From: an uncultured cyanobacterium
Lineage (GTDB): Bacteria; Cyanobacteriota; Cyanobacteriia; Pseudanabaenales; Pseudanabaenaceae
Length of the DNA: 64,000 bases
Direction of reading: 5' to 3'
Assembly (NCBI GenBank): GCA_963703315.1
Contig: OY969811.1
Span: 3,136,001 to 3,200,000, forward strand
Made by a program: the position numbers and the translations under genes. The notes under the pieces were generated by a model. It worked only from the letters and a program-made list of their open reading frames with translations. It ran no database searches and was not told the DNA's origin. Positions 10,046 to 20,336 of this stretch are shown here, in pieces (position 1 is the first letter of the stretch; each line of letters opens with the position of its first letter).

Positions 10046-11110
10046 ATGAAGCATCAACTGACCCATCGTGAACAAAAAGTTCTTTGGGCAACTATCGATC
10101 ACTATATCCAGACGGCGGAACCCGTTGGCTCCAAGGCTTTAGTATCCGAATATGACTTTGACATTAGCCCTGCCACGATCCGTAATGTGATGAATATGCT
10201 CGATCGCAGTGGTTTGTTATTTCAACCTCACACATCGGCGGGGCGCGTCCCCTCAGACTCTGGCTATCGAGTCTATGTCGATGAATTAATCGATCCTGCG
10301 AGTGAGCTAACCTACAGTACTCACCAGTTTCTCGCGAGTAAGAGCGATCGCCTCGGTAAGTCTAGTCTCGATGGAGTATTGCGCGATGTAGCCCAAATTT
10401 TGTCAACTTTAAGTGGCTGCATTGCCGTGATTACTGCCCCAAATATGCAGACAATGCGAATCAGACATTTGCAATTAGTGATGGTGGATCATTGCAAGGT
10501 AATGGCGATCGCGGTTAGTGACACTTACCACACTGCCTCGGTAACGATGGATTTACCTAGCGAAACTAAGCCCGAAGTTTTAGAAGGTGAATTAAATATT
10601 CTCAATAATTTTTTAAACGAACATTTGCGCGATAAAAACTGGTCAGAACTAAGTAGCGCTTTGCAATGGAACGATCTTGATCGTCAGTTTCAGCAATATG
10701 CGGTGTTGTTGCAGCAGTCTTTGCAGCAATTGATGAGATTATGCGATCGCACAGCTTTGGGACAGATGTTTATTAGTGGCTTAACGGAACTATTACGTCA
10801 GCCCGAATTTTCTAATCTCCGACAGGTAAAAAATATTGTGCAGTTACTAGAAGCAGATCGGGCTTCATTAATGGCACTCATTGTCGATCAACCCACTCCT
10901 TCCGCTAACTCTGTCAGTATTCGCATCGGTTCTGAAATCTCCATCGAGCCAATTCAGAACTGTACTTTTATTTCGAGTACTTATCTCTGTGATGATAAGC
11001 CAGTAGGGACGGTGGGTGTCTTGGGTCCAACACGTTTAGGATATACAAGGGCGATCGCCTCAGTACAGGCAGCAGCACTACATCTAACCGATGCGATTAG
11101 TAAGTGGTAG
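10046..11110 (+). CDS. hrcA: Heat-inducible transcription repressor
   Basis: YIQTAEPVGS, SPATIRN, QPHTSAGRVPSDSGYR and GVLGPTR motifs. Confidence 0.97.
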   Translation: MKHQLTHREQKVLWATIDHYIQTAEPVGSKALVSEYDFDISPATIRNVMNMLDRSGLLFQPHTSAGRVPSDSGYRVYVDELIDPASELTYSTHQFLASKSDRLGKSSLDGVLRDVAQILSTLSGCIAVITAPNMQTMRIRHLQLVMVDHCKVMAIAVSDTYHTASVTMDLPSETKPEVLEGELNILNNFLNEHLRDKNWSELSSALQWNDLDRQFQQYAVLLQQSLQQLMRLCDRTALGQMFISGLTELLRQPEFSNLRQVKNIVQLLEADRASLMALIVDQPTPSANSVSIRIGSEISIEPIQNCTFISSTYLCDDKPVGTVGVLGPTRLGYTRAIASVQAAALHLTDAISKW

Positions 11111-11236
11111 TCCTAAAAAGCTTATATACGCTGATTTAATCTCGAAAAAATGCGATCGCCCCACAAGATGCCATGCGATCCTTTAAACTGGAAGAGATCT
11201 AAGATTTTCTGTTTTTCTCAAATATTTTCAAAGCTA

Positions 11237-11677
11237 ATGCCAAGTTCGACCAATTTACCTGAAACTATTGATCGCATTGTCCAGCGATTTCAGAGGCTAT
11301 CCGATCCAAAACAACGTTATGAGCAGTTAATTTTGTACGGGAAGAAGCTGAGTGACTTTCCTGAAGCCTTGAAAACTCCTGAGAACAAAGTACAGGGTTG
11401 TGTTTCGCAAGTATATGTCATAGCGAAATTGGATGAAAATGAGCGAGTTATGTTTGCTGGTGACTCGGATGCTTTGATTAGTAAAGGTTTTGTTGGGTTA
11501 CTGGCAATCTGTATGGGGGGCTTAACACAAAAGGAAATTGAGTTGCTCACGCCCGACTTTATTAAAGACACAGGTTTAGTGGCAAGCCTTACCCCTTCAA
11601 GGGCAAATGGCTTTTATAACGTATTCAAAAAAATGCAACAACAAGCGATCAAAATTGAATTACCTAGCGTTCGCTAA
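11237..11677 (+). CDS. sufE: SufE Fe-S sulfur-transfer protein (likely start ATG 11237)
   Basis: KVQGCVSQV, GDSDALISKG and LTPSRANG motifs. Confidence 0.92.
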   Translation: MPSSTNLPETIDRIVQRFQRLSDPKQRYEQLILYGKKLSDFPEALKTPENKVQGCVSQVYVIAKLDENERVMFAGDSDALISKGFVGLLAICMGGLTQKEIELLTPDFIKDTGLVASLTPSRANGFYNVFKKMQQQAIKIELPSVR

Positions 11678-11680
11678 GAT

Positions 11681-11713
11681 AATCAAAAGCCTCGCAAAGC
11701 GAGGCTTTTGATT
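11681..11713. terminator. Palindrome between convergent sufE and dehydrogenase genes
   Basis: aatcaaaagcctcgc-aaa-gcgaggcttttgatt. Confidence 0.65.
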
Positions 11714-12819
11714 TAGACTACTGCGGTAATTGGACTTGTTGTAGATACCATTGCTGCAAGCACTTGACTGGGGGAAACCGTGAAGGGCAAGCGATGAATA
11801 TCGGAATTTGGCTGACAGGCGATCGCCGCAATCTGTTCTAATTCTGCAAGCGTGACTTGGCTCAAACCTAAATCAGCGAGGGTTGTCGGTAAGCCAATCT
11901 CTTGATAAAACTTCAGCAATTGATGGCGTGATGAGGCGGCGAGTTGATTGCCTTGAAATTCTTCTAAACGCAGTTGGACAAGAATTCCATAAGCAACCTT
12001 TTCACCATGCAAAGTGCCATGAGTTTGATGCAGGTGAGTCAGCGCATTGTGAATGGCGTGAGCAGCAACGGTACGGCAATTTGCGCCTCCAATCCCACCG
12101 ATCGCCCCCGCTAGACATACGGTTGCATCGACGACTTCGCGCCATGCTGGACTGTTCGGATTAGCGATCGCCTCAGCCGATTTTTGGAACAAAATATCGC
12201 GGAGGATTCTCGCTTCTTGCACTGCCGCAATTACCATTGTTTTTTCACTGCTGCCACTGCTAACGGATGACTCGTACCATTTAGCGATCGCGTCCCCAAT
12301 TCCAGAAACGAGCGTACGTTTTGGAGCAGTAGCGATTACGTCATAGTCCACGATCATCATCTCAGGGCAGCGATCGAGAGTTACGTCATAGTCAAACGCC
12401 CCCTGAGCATCATAGACATTGCTGAGAGCTGTCCATGCCGCACAGGTTGCGCCAGTGGTGGGAACGGTGGCGATCGGTAACTGGCATTGATGGGCGACTA
12501 ATTTAGAAGTATCTAAAACCTTGCCGCCGCCGATACCAACAATGACATGGGGATTTTCTTGCTGGACAATGCGCCGCAACATTGCCAGATTTTCATCACT
12601 GCAATCTGCGATCGCAGGGGCATGGATAATTTCTAGATCGGTATTTTTGAAATAGCTAGTAGTGACTTGACTGGCAGTTTTCCCCGCAATCACTAAAACC
12701 TTATGTCCGTAGCGTGATAAATATTTTGGGAGTTGCGCTAAAATTCCGTTTCCCCGTAAAAGTTGTGCTGGTGCGATCGCCAAAATTGGTAATGCTTCCA
12801 CCATAGTTGTGTCTGACAT
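11713..12819 (-). CDS. Glycerol dehydrogenase-like (iron-containing alcohol dehydrogenase family)
   Basis: GIGGGKVLDTSK, VPT...TCA, GIGDAIAKWYE, AAHAIHNALT and HGEKVAYG motifs. Confidence 0.88.
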   Translation of the reverse strand: MSDTTMVEALPILAIAPAQLLRGNGILAQLPKYLSRYGHKVLVIAGKTASQVTTSYFKNTDLEIIHAPAIADCSDENLAMLRRIVQQENPHVIVGIGGGKVLDTSKLVAHQCQLPIATVPTTGATCAAWTALSNVYDAQGAFDYDVTLDRCPEMMIVDYDVIATAPKRTLVSGIGDAIAKWYESSVSSGSSEKTMVIAAVQEARILRDILFQKSAEAIANPNSPAWREVVDATVCLAGAIGGIGGANCRTVAAHAIHNALTHLHQTHGTLHGEKVAYGILVQLRLEEFQGNQLAASSRHQLLKFYQEIGLPTTLADLGLSQVTLAELEQIAAIACQPNSDIHRLPFTVSPSQVLAAMVSTTSPITAVV

Positions 12820-12912
12820 TAGGTTAAGACATGGTAAACATAACTTCCATTCTATAATTTATTTCAAAAAACCAAAAGACGATGGCGCACGTGCGCCATC
12901 GTCTTTTGGTTG

Positions 12913-14289
12913 CTAATGCTCAGCTATTCTTTGTAGCTTCACCATGAAAAAGCCATCCATGTCATGCTCATGGGGTAGCACTTTCACCCAACCGCGATCG
13001 CTGACAAAATGAGCAGCAGGATTTTCGGCACTCGGTGGCACAATTTGCCAATCGGGATGGTTTTCGAGGAATTTGGTAATTACTTCTTCGTTTTCCGCAG
13101 GATGTAAGGTGCAAGTGCTGTAAACAATTACGCCTTCAGGTTTGACCCATTGGGTAGCCTTTTCAAGAATTTCCGCTTGAGTTTTGGCTAATTTGTAGGG
13201 TTCATCAGGGGTTTGTCGCCAACGGGCATCAGCATGACGGTGCAATGTTCCGAGTCCAGAGCAAGGTACATCTAATAAAACGCGATCGCACTTAAGATTT
13301 GCCGAGCCTTCGCCTTCGGGCAGTCCTGCAAATTCACGGGCATCGACTTCAATGGTCTGCACATTGGTGATCCCCAAGCGGGCAGTGTTTTGAGTAACTT
13401 TCTTGAGACGATTGGCAAGGCGATCGAGGGCGTAAACTTTGCCCGTATTTTTGAGGCGATCGCTAATATGGGTCGTCTTGCCGCCGGGGGCAGCACAGGC
13501 ATCAATAATAATCTCATTAGGCTGAGGATCTAATAGATAGGTAACTAACTGAGCGCTAGCATCCTGAACTGACCACCAACCTTCTTTAAATTTCGGTAAT
13601 TGGCTGACATCACCCGAACCTTGCCCCACCCGAATCCCCTCAGGTAGATATGGGATCGGCTGGGCTTCAATATCTGCTTCGGCAAAAGCCGCTAGGACTT
13701 GATCCCGCGTTGCCTGTAAAAGATTTACCCGTAAATCGAGATGGGGCGTTTGGTTAAACCAATTACAAATATTTGCGATCGCTTCCTGACCAAATTCTTT
13801 TTGCCATAGCTCGATCAACCATTCAGGATAGCTATAAAAACTGGCGGGATCAGTAATATTTGCGAGAATATCTTCTTTTTCTTTGGCTCTAAGGATGGAT
13901 CGCATCACCCCATTGGTAAACCCAGATAATCCCGTTAAATTATTTTCTTTAACCAGTTCTACTGTGGTGTGAACGATCGCCGATGACTTGATGCGATCGA
14001 GAAAACATAGTTGATAGATACCAATCTGTAAGATTATTAATAAATCTGGTGGTAATTTTGTAGTCGGTTTTTGTGAAAAGTTTTGCAAAACCGCTTGCAG
14101 AGTTTTCTGGCGGCGTGTACAACCATAAACTAACTCTGTAATCAGACGGCGATCGCTTTCTAGGAGGGTAATATTATCTTGTCGCGCCCTTGAAAGAGTG
14201 CAGTCTAGAGCTACATCAGCGTATGCATTGCGTCTTTGAATCAAGCGCAGCGCTTCTAAGGCAATTTGTCGAGAATTCTTACTCGTCAT
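12913..14289 (-). CDS. rsmB: 16S rRNA m5C967 methyltransferase
   Basis: NusB-like N-terminus; VQD, DACAAPGGKT, DVPCSGLG, YSTCT..ENE and DGFF motifs. Confidence 0.95.
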   Translation of the reverse strand: MTSKNSRQIALEALRLIQRRNAYADVALDCTLSRARQDNITLLESDRRLITELVYGCTRRQKTLQAVLQNFSQKPTTKLPPDLLIILQIGIYQLCFLDRIKSSAIVHTTVELVKENNLTGLSGFTNGVMRSILRAKEKEDILANITDPASFYSYPEWLIELWQKEFGQEAIANICNWFNQTPHLDLRVNLLQATRDQVLAAFAEADIEAQPIPYLPEGIRVGQGSGDVSQLPKFKEGWWSVQDASAQLVTYLLDPQPNEIIIDACAAPGGKTTHISDRLKNTGKVYALDRLANRLKKVTQNTARLGITNVQTIEVDAREFAGLPEGEGSANLKCDRVLLDVPCSGLGTLHRHADARWRQTPDEPYKLAKTQAEILEKATQWVKPEGVIVYSTCTLHPAENEEVITKFLENHPDWQIVPPSAENPAAHFVSDRGWVKVLPHEHDMDGFFMVKLQRIAEH

Positions 14290-14510
14290 CGGCAGTTATA
14301 TCAGGTCAGGTTAAAGGGTTATCGAAAAGATTAAGTAACAGAGTTCCGCAATTATCAAAATTAAATAGTTGCACTGTAGACAAATGCAGTCATTATTTGG
14401 TATCTAAGAGCGTATATTCAGGCGATCTTTAATCATCTGTTACAAAGCTGTAAAAAAGCTTTAAATGTAGTAAAAAAGTGTGACGGTTACTGTGGGTGTA
14501 AGGAGAGGCA

Positions 14511-15611
14511 ATGGTTGATACTGGTGTGAGAGTTAGGAAAGCGAAATTTCCGACAGGAAGTAGCCTAGCACTTGGTTTAGCAATCGGTTTAATAAGTTTA
14601 ATTGTTGGTGTCGATCTTTTTTTGAATCCTAATATAAGTTCAAGCCTTTTGCTGCCATTTACGTTTGGAAGTGCTGGTGTTGCCTTCTTAGGAACTTTCG
14701 CCGTACCAGCTTTGCGTCGCCTCAAGGCTGGACAGATCATTCGTGAAGATGGTCCACAAGCTCACCTCAAAAAGCAAGGTACACCAACGATGGGCGGGAT
14801 CTTCATTATACCCGTCGGCATTTTATTGGGGTTGGTCTGGTCGGGCTTTAATGACAAAGTAATTGCTTGCAGCTTGCTAACTCTCTCCTTTGCCTTTATT
14901 GGTTGGCTAGACGACTGGAAAATTTTGCGCCGTCACTCTAATAAAGGTTTATCTCCTCGCGCCAAACTTCTATTGCAAGCTGCATTTGCGGCTTGTTTTT
15001 GTGCATGGCTAGGGCTAACTCAAAACTGGCAAGCGATCGCCACGCTTAATTTGCCTCTAAAATTCGTACTGCCCCTAGGTTTATTATTTTTCCCTCTCGC
15101 CTTGTTTGTATTTCTTGGTAGCAGTAACGCCACAAATCTTACCGATGGCTTAGATGGTTTAGCAGGTGGGACAGGGGCGATCGCCTTGTTTGGGATGGGT
15201 TTATTACTATTTCCCCAAAACAAAGAATTAGCCATCTTCTGTATGTGCCTCAGTGGTAGCTATTTAGGATTTCTATGGCACAATCGCTACCCTGCCCGTG
15301 TATTTATGGGCGATACAGGCTCACTCGCTTTAGGTGGGGCGCTTGCCTCGACTGCGATCCTTGGTAACTTGCTCTGGGCATTCTTGATCATAGGCGCAAT
15401 CTTTATCTGGGAATCGATTTCGGTGATTGCACAGGTTTCCTACTACAAAGCCACCAAAGACGAAACAGGTATGGGTAAGCGTCTGTTCAGAATGGCTCCC
15501 TTTCACCATCACTTAGAGCTTAGTGGCTGGCATGAATTACACGTAGTGAGGTTCTTTTATCTGACAGGTGGTTTTCTAGTGGGGATCACACTTTTAATTA
15601 GTAAACTGTGA
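14511..15611 (+). CDS. mraY: Phospho-N-acetylmuramoyl-pentapeptide transferase
   Basis: KQGTPTMGG, LDD, NLTDGLDGL, VFMGDTGSL and MAPFHHH motifs. Confidence 0.97.
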   Translation: MVDTGVRVRKAKFPTGSSLALGLAIGLISLIVGVDLFLNPNISSSLLLPFTFGSAGVAFLGTFAVPALRRLKAGQIIREDGPQAHLKKQGTPTMGGIFIIPVGILLGLVWSGFNDKVIACSLLTLSFAFIGWLDDWKILRRHSNKGLSPRAKLLLQAAFAACFCAWLGLTQNWQAIATLNLPLKFVLPLGLLFFPLALFVFLGSSNATNLTDGLDGLAGGTGAIALFGMGLLLFPQNKELAIFCMCLSGSYLGFLWHNRYPARVFMGDTGSLALGGALASTAILGNLLWAFLIIGAIFIWESISVIAQVSYYKATKDETGMGKRLFRMAPFHHHLELSGWHELHVVRFFYLTGGFLVGITLLISKL

Positions 15612-15647
15612 TAAAAAAAGGCGGTGCTAAGCACCGCCTTTTTTTAT
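15611..15647. terminator. Bidirectional terminator-like palindrome
   Basis: ataaaaaaaggcggtgc-taa-gcaccgcctttttttat between convergent genes. Confidence 0.7.
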
Positions 15648-16129
15648 GGACATTCTAAAGAATCTCTTGTATCGACACCTGTTTTCGGATTTGTGCCTTT
15701 AGCTTTAGTGCATAGCCATTTGCGCTGTCCACCATCCATAATTGCATCGGTGAAGTCTGCACCATCAATATTCACAAAATCAAAGGTACTGCGTAATAAG
15801 ATTGTCTCTACTAGCAAGGCATTACTGAGATCCGCTTTAGCAAAATCTGCTTGATCGAGCAATCCTCCTGAAAAGTCTGCACCTTTTAAATTAGCTTTGC
15901 GTAAAACCGAAGCGCTAAATACTGTCCCTCTAAGATCCGCATTCTCAAAGTTTGCCCCTTCCATATTGGCATTGGCAAATCCTGATCCCACTAGCACTCT
16001 TCCTGAAAAATCCCGTCCTTTTAACTGAGCATGACTAAAGGATAAGGTTTCAGCCTGAGCATCGCTGGGAGATGTGAATAAACAGGCGATCGCCATGACT
16101 ACAATGATTGCCAAGCGTAAAAGTGACAT
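15644..16129 (-). CDS. Pentapeptide repeat protein, probably exported or lumenal
   Basis: Signal peptide, A(D/N)LXX repeats and C-terminal LC..A.GTNP.TGV.TR.SL.C. Confidence 0.92.
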   Translation of the reverse strand: MSLLRLAIIVVMAIACLFTSPSDAQAETLSFSHAQLKGRDFSGRVLVGSGFANANMEGANFENADLRGTVFSASVLRKANLKGADFSGGLLDQADFAKADLSNALLVETILLRSTFDFVNIDGADFTDAIMDGGQRKWLCTKAKGTNPKTGVDTRDSLECP

Positions 16130-16365
16130 ATATGTATAGCAAAAATAATATTTGTATCTTACTCCCTTACAACCGAAAAGCAGGGGGCGCTTCGCGCCCC
16201 CTGTTTTTCAGAGTAGTTTCTACGTGAAACCCAAAAATACAGGCGATCGCTATCTTGTAGCGATCGCCTGAGCAAAATTGAGAATGTAATAAAAATAATT
16301 TACGGAGGACGAGTTGAAGAGATTGGAGATCTGACTACAAAGAGTCTAATTCTCAACTTTGCTAA

Positions 16366-16476
16366 TTAGTTTTCAACGTAGTTGAAAAGTAGACCCATCG
16401 CGAGGATGGGGAGAATTACACCAGCAAGAGGTACGAAGATGTAAGAAACGTAATAATGTGCGTAGTATCCAGTCAT
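16366..16476 (-). CDS. psaI: Photosystem I subunit VIII (36 aa)
   Basis: MTGYYAHYYVSYIFVPLAGVILPILAMGLLFNYVEN: single TM with FVPL.G...P..AM..LF.Y pattern, directly downstream of psaL. Confidence 0.9.
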   Translation of the reverse strand: MTGYYAHYYVSYIFVPLAGVILPILAMGLLFNYVEN

Positions 16477-16576
16477 GGTTGTGGGTTTCCTTGAATAAGA
16501 TATAAAGTTGTTAGGGAAGTGATTTGGTTGAAATTCACGTAGCTGGGAATTGTGGTTAGCAATACCAGAAACGAGA

Positions 16577-17050
16577 TTAAGACCAAAGTAAACCAAGGAA
16601 TTTTTGCATTGGTTCTAGATAGACGAGGAAGTATGCAAATGCAGCACCGCCAGCACCACCAACCAAGAAGCTGCTAGCAAATTCGCTCCAGCCAGAGGGA
16701 GTACCAAGATCGGCAGGAGCCTCAAGTGCAGAGCTAGATTGGAGTTTGGTTACGTGCTGACCATGTAAGGACAAACCAGCAGTCAAAATCATCACAAAGG
16801 CTAAAGTTGCCAACAATCCAGCAAGGCTACCCAATTCGGTATTTCTCAGAGGACCAAGCAAGGCAAAAGGTCCATAGATGAAGTAACCATGTGCCATGCC
16901 AACTTCTAGACCACGACGGCTAGGAGACAAGCCTGCACGGTAAGCGGGAAGATTACCGACAAATGCCTTAACGACCGCAGAATCGCTAAAGGGGGTAGAC
17001 AAATTCCCTAGTTGGGGATCGTTCTTGAAGGGTTTTACAAAATCTGTCAT
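16577..17050 (-). CDS. psaL: Photosystem I subunit XI
   Basis: GNLSTP, NLPAYRAGLSP.RRGLEVGMAHGYF and GW..F...F.VGG.GG motifs. Confidence 0.97.
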   Translation of the reverse strand: MTDFVKPFKNDPQLGNLSTPFSDSAVVKAFVGNLPAYRAGLSPSRRGLEVGMAHGYFIYGPFALLGPLRNTELGSLAGLLATLAFVMILTAGLSLHGQHVTKLQSSSALEAPADLGTPSGWSEFASSFLVGGAGGAAFAYFLVYLEPMQKFLGLLWS

Positions 17051-17192
17051 AAGTCTTTATTAAGTAAAGATTGCAGGGAGAAATTTGTCTTCATTTTAGG
17101 GAATAAGCGCGGGTGTCACTGCATAAAGGGTGCGTATCTTTAGAAAACTTCACAACCTCTAGTAAAAAATTGGCAAAGCCAATTTTTTACTT

Positions 17193-17263
17193 TATAGCAG
17201 TAGCTACCCCAAAAGAGAGTGGCGGTGATTCGCGCCACCACTCTCTTTTGAGGTTTAGCTATA
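17193..17263. repeat. Short family B repeat overlapping the nth stop codon
   Basis: tatagc...gctata ends; hairpin caaaagagagtggcgg...ccaccactctcttttg. Confidence 0.55.
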
Positions 17264-17912
17264 CAGATGCTGATGGACATAAATCCGCAAGTTCACAGCG
17301 ATCGCAGGCAGGTTTACGGGCATTACACACAGCACGACCGTGATAAATAATCCGAATCGACCAGTTTTCCCAATCTCGTTGGGGCAGCAGTCCCATCAAA
17401 TCCCGCTCGACTTTGATGGGTTCCTCAAACTTTGTAAGTCCTAATCTTTTAGTAAGACGTTTTACATGGGTGTCAACGGTTACACCTGCATTGATCCCAT
17501 AGGCATGGGCTAACACCACATTGGCAGTCTTACGGGCTACTCCCGCCAGCTTCAGCAGTTGTTCCATCGTGTTTGGCACTTGCCCGTTAAAGTCGCGCAC
17601 GATCATTTCACAGGCACTACGAATATTTTTAGCTTTGTTACGATAAAAGCCTGTGGAGTGGACTAATTCCATCAGTTCATCCAGATCGGCATTTGCCAAC
17701 GCGATCGCATCAGGATATCGTGCAAATAATTTCGGTGTGACCATATTCACTCGTTCATCGGTGCATTGCGCTGAGAGGATTACGGCGACTAATAACTGCA
17801 CAGGTGTTTCATAATCCAATGAACAAGTTGCATCGGGATACAACCGTTTGAGACGAATTAAGATTTCGTTAGCCCGAACTTTTTTAGATGAACGTTTGGT
17901 AATAATTCCCAT
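17259..17912 (-). CDS. nth: Endonuclease III
   Basis: LSAQCTD, HhH motif GVARKTANVVL, VDTHV and C-x6-C-x2-C-x5-C [4Fe-4S] motif. Confidence 0.97.
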   Translation of the reverse strand: MGIITKRSSKKVRANEILIRLKRLYPDATCSLDYETPVQLLVAVILSAQCTDERVNMVTPKLFARYPDAIALANADLDELMELVHSTGFYRNKAKNIRSACEMIVRDFNGQVPNTMEQLLKLAGVARKTANVVLAHAYGINAGVTVDTHVKRLTKRLGLTKFEEPIKVERDLMGLLPQRDWENWSIRIIYHGRAVCNARKPACDRCELADLCPSASV

Positions 17913-18635
17913 TTAATCGTCTGTTTTGGCGGTAGCGTTGGAGAGTAATTCGATTTGCCTTAATGGTTGCCAGTTGCGAATGTCCTCTAAAAGTGCAAGA
18001 TAACCATGCGTATTTGGGTGTAAACCATCCTGACAAAGGCGATCGCTCCTCCAAGTTTGACCCCGTTCTTGCCATAGATCGAATATATCTAAGTAGGGAA
18101 TATCTCGCATTTGGCAAGCTGATTTCGTGAATTCTTTATAGCGGAATTGATCTTCGTGATTGAAATGTAAGCAGTCGAGAAAAGGCATTTTTGACTCATC
18201 AACAGGAACCATGCCCACAAATATTACGGGACAGAGAGTTTGAGCTTTTTCGAGCAAATTGACAATTTCTAAAGTGAAGCGATCGTAATCCGTCATGCTT
18301 CTATTACTGTCACGCTTGCCCACTCTCGCTGAGTCATTGACACCAACGGACAAAATGATCAAATCGGGGAGCTTATTGCGAAGTTCGCCCCGCAGCAAAA
18401 ATTCTTGCTCCAATCGTTGGTTAACCTGTGCGGCTGTATCACCACGTACGCCTAAGTTATAAAGAATGTGACCTGTTTCTGTACCCATCCAGTGCCGCCG
18501 CAGTTGCTCGACCCATCCACCATTGATCGGATCACCATAACCATAGATCAAGCTGTCACCAAAGGCAGTGACTCTTAGAGAGTGATGGGTGCGGGAGGTG
18601 AAAGTGGAAGTTTTGAGAAGGTTTAAAGTCGTCAT
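17913..18635 (-). CDS. GDSL/SGNH hydrolase
   Basis: FGDSL, NLGVRG, GVND and DGLHP blocks. Confidence 0.92.
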   Translation of the reverse strand: MTTLNLLKTSTFTSRTHHSLRVTAFGDSLIYGYGDPINGGWVEQLRRHWMGTETGHILYNLGVRGDTAAQVNQRLEQEFLLRGELRNKLPDLIILSVGVNDSARVGKRDSNRSMTDYDRFTLEIVNLLEKAQTLCPVIFVGMVPVDESKMPFLDCLHFNHEDQFRYKEFTKSACQMRDIPYLDIFDLWQERGQTWRSDRLCQDGLHPNTHGYLALLEDIRNWQPLRQIELLSNATAKTDD

Positions 18636-18752
18636 CAGAAATGGCTTTAGAAATGGCGATTAGCCAAAGTGCAGGAAGTTGCTTTACAAAACTAAATCTA
18701 GGTTAGCGCAAATAAGTACTTTTACTTAATAGTTCATTAGTTTGATTTTTTA

Positions 18753-18853
18753 TAAGTAGCTGGGCGCAATTAAATATAAAACCCAAAAACCTGTGGCGCA
18801 CGCTGCGCGTGCGCCACAGGTTTTTACTCTGGTTTTTAATTATGCCCAGCTAC
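18753..18853. mobile_element. MITE family A, near-full copy
   Basis: taagtagctgggcgcaatta ... cctgtggcgcacgctgcgcgtgcgccacagg ... taattatgcccagctac. Confidence 0.8.
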
Positions 18854-18962
18854 AGAGAAAACCGTGTGCTGTAACGCTACTGCACAAACTACTGATCCTG
18901 TATGATCTTGTAGTTATTTTTCAAAAATTTAAAAAGCTTTCATACTACAGGAGTCCTTGATT

Positions 18963-19328
18963 ATGGCTAAAGTCAAAATTGCTACCACTAATGATGTCAG
19001 CGCTGACAAGGTTTTGAAAGTTAGTGCAAATGGTCAATCGGTGATTGTCGCTAAAGTCGGTGATAAGCATTGCGCGATCGCGAATAAATGTCCTCACTTT
19101 GGACTCCCTCTTGCTAAGGGCAAATTTGAAAATGGTGTGATTACCTGTCCCTTTCATGGTTCCAAGTTTGAAATTTGTACTGGCAAAAATGTGGAATGGG
19201 TAGAAAATTTCGTTGGCATTCCTCTACCAAATGTTGCTAAGAAAATGATTGCGATGGGCAAGGCTCCTACCGATGTAGCCAGTTTCACTGTTACTCAAGA
19301 AGGTAACGATCTGTTTATTGATGCTTAA
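18963..19328 (+). CDS. Rieske [2Fe-2S] ferredoxin-like protein
   Basis: CPH and CPFHG ligand motifs; RBS-like caggag upstream. Confidence 0.9.
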   Translation: MAKVKIATTNDVSADKVLKVSANGQSVIVAKVGDKHCAIANKCPHFGLPLAKGKFENGVITCPFHGSKFEICTGKNVEWVENFVGIPLPNVAKKMIAMGKAPTDVASFTVTQEGNDLFIDA

Positions 19329-19432
19329 TATAGCAATGCTTGAGTGAGCTAGGACAAACTAAAACCCAAGAAGCGAGTTACGGCAATTCGCTTCTTGAGT
19401 TTTGTATCCTAATAAGACTGGCTATAGCTATA
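19329..19432. repeat. Family B MITE-like repeat
   Basis: tatagc...gctata ends; aaaacccaagaagcga...tcgcttcttgagtttt hairpin. Confidence 0.6.
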
Positions 19433-19546
19433 AAAAAAGACTTTACAATCTGGGCTAGAACTTGCTATGCTAGATACCCGTCGCCTAAATTAAAATGCGC
19501 CAAACTACAGCATAATAAGAACAATACTTGGCTACCTAAAATAAGC

Positions 19547-19738
19547 ATGACTCAAATAATCGTTGGTGAAAATGAAGGGATTGAGTCGGCACTACGCCGA
19601 TTTAAGAAAAAAATCCAAAAAGCTGGCTTACTAGCAGATATTCGTCGCTGTCAGTACCATGAGACAGCAGGTGAAAAACGTAAGCGTAAAGCTGAAAATG
19701 CTAAGCGCCGTGGTCGTTTTCGTCGTCGTGATGTCTAG
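19547..19738 (+). CDS. rpsU: 30S ribosomal protein S21 (63 aa)
   Basis: [22 protein letters not shown] is a cyanobacterial S21 start; the longer track ORF runs through a repeat. Confidence 0.95.
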   Translation: MTQIIVGENEGIESALRRFKKKIQKAGLLADIRRCQYHETAGEKRKRKAENAKRRGRFRRRDV

Positions 19739-19775
19739 AATCAAAAAAAGGCTGTGCAATGCACAGCCTTTTTTA

Positions 19776-20333
19776 TTAGTAACCCACACCCAATAATTTG
19801 TTTTCGCGTCGAAATTGGCTAGGTGTCATCACGTCTGTCCCCTTTGCCCACACCCCTAAATGCTCGGTTTGCGCCTTTGCCTCAAGCTCTTCATACCCTT
19901 GACAATCTTTTTCTTGGAGGCGATCGTAATGGGCAAGTCCGAGGGAAACCATCAACTTATTGGCATTTTGACCACCCGCCATCACTTCGCCGTAGTAACG
20001 CCCAAATTTATCTTTTTTAAAAACCCTGACATAAATTTCTTCATCAGCAAGAATATTTTGTAGTACCTTGCGAGAATGTTCACCTTCAGCTTGTAATAAT
20101 TCAGGTGCATCAATACAGGCGAGATGGATTTTATTTTTGATGCCCCGATCGACAAGAGTAATGTTATCGCCATCAAAAACCTTCACTCGCATCGGGATCG
20201 CCCCAAATTGTGCCAAGACAGGTTGGGCGGCGATCGCAAAACAAACTAAGTTGATAATTGCCATCAAGATCAACTGCTGCAATTTATTGACAAAATTTAC
20301 AAGGGACACTTTTAGGATAATTTTTAGCATCAT
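19776..20333 (-). CDS. Thermonuclease (SNase) family protein, probably exported
   Basis: DGD, IDAPE, DKFGR, MV..GLA and A.....GVW motifs; signal-like N-terminus. Confidence 0.9.
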   Translation of the reverse strand: MMLKIILKVSLVNFVNKLQQLILMAIINLVCFAIAAQPVLAQFGAIPMRVKVFDGDNITLVDRGIKNKIHLACIDAPELLQAEGEHSRKVLQNILADEEIYVRVFKKDKFGRYYGEVMAGGQNANKLMVSLGLAHYDRLQEKDCQGYEELEAKAQTEHLGVWAKGTDVMTPSQFRRENKLLGVGY

Positions 20334-20336
20334 TTT

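Noticed and set aside
16366..17050. Far-red light (FaRLiP) psaL2/psaI2 cluster
   Set aside because: No neighbouring psaA2/psaB2, rfp, apc or chlF genes; flanked by ordinary housekeeping genes.
19340..19546. N-terminal extensions of rpsU (and likewise psaI 16477-16596, sufE 11150-11236, 30883-30954)
   Set aside because: Longest-ORF artefacts running through repeats or intergenic DNA; the recognisable proteins begin at the downstream ATGs.
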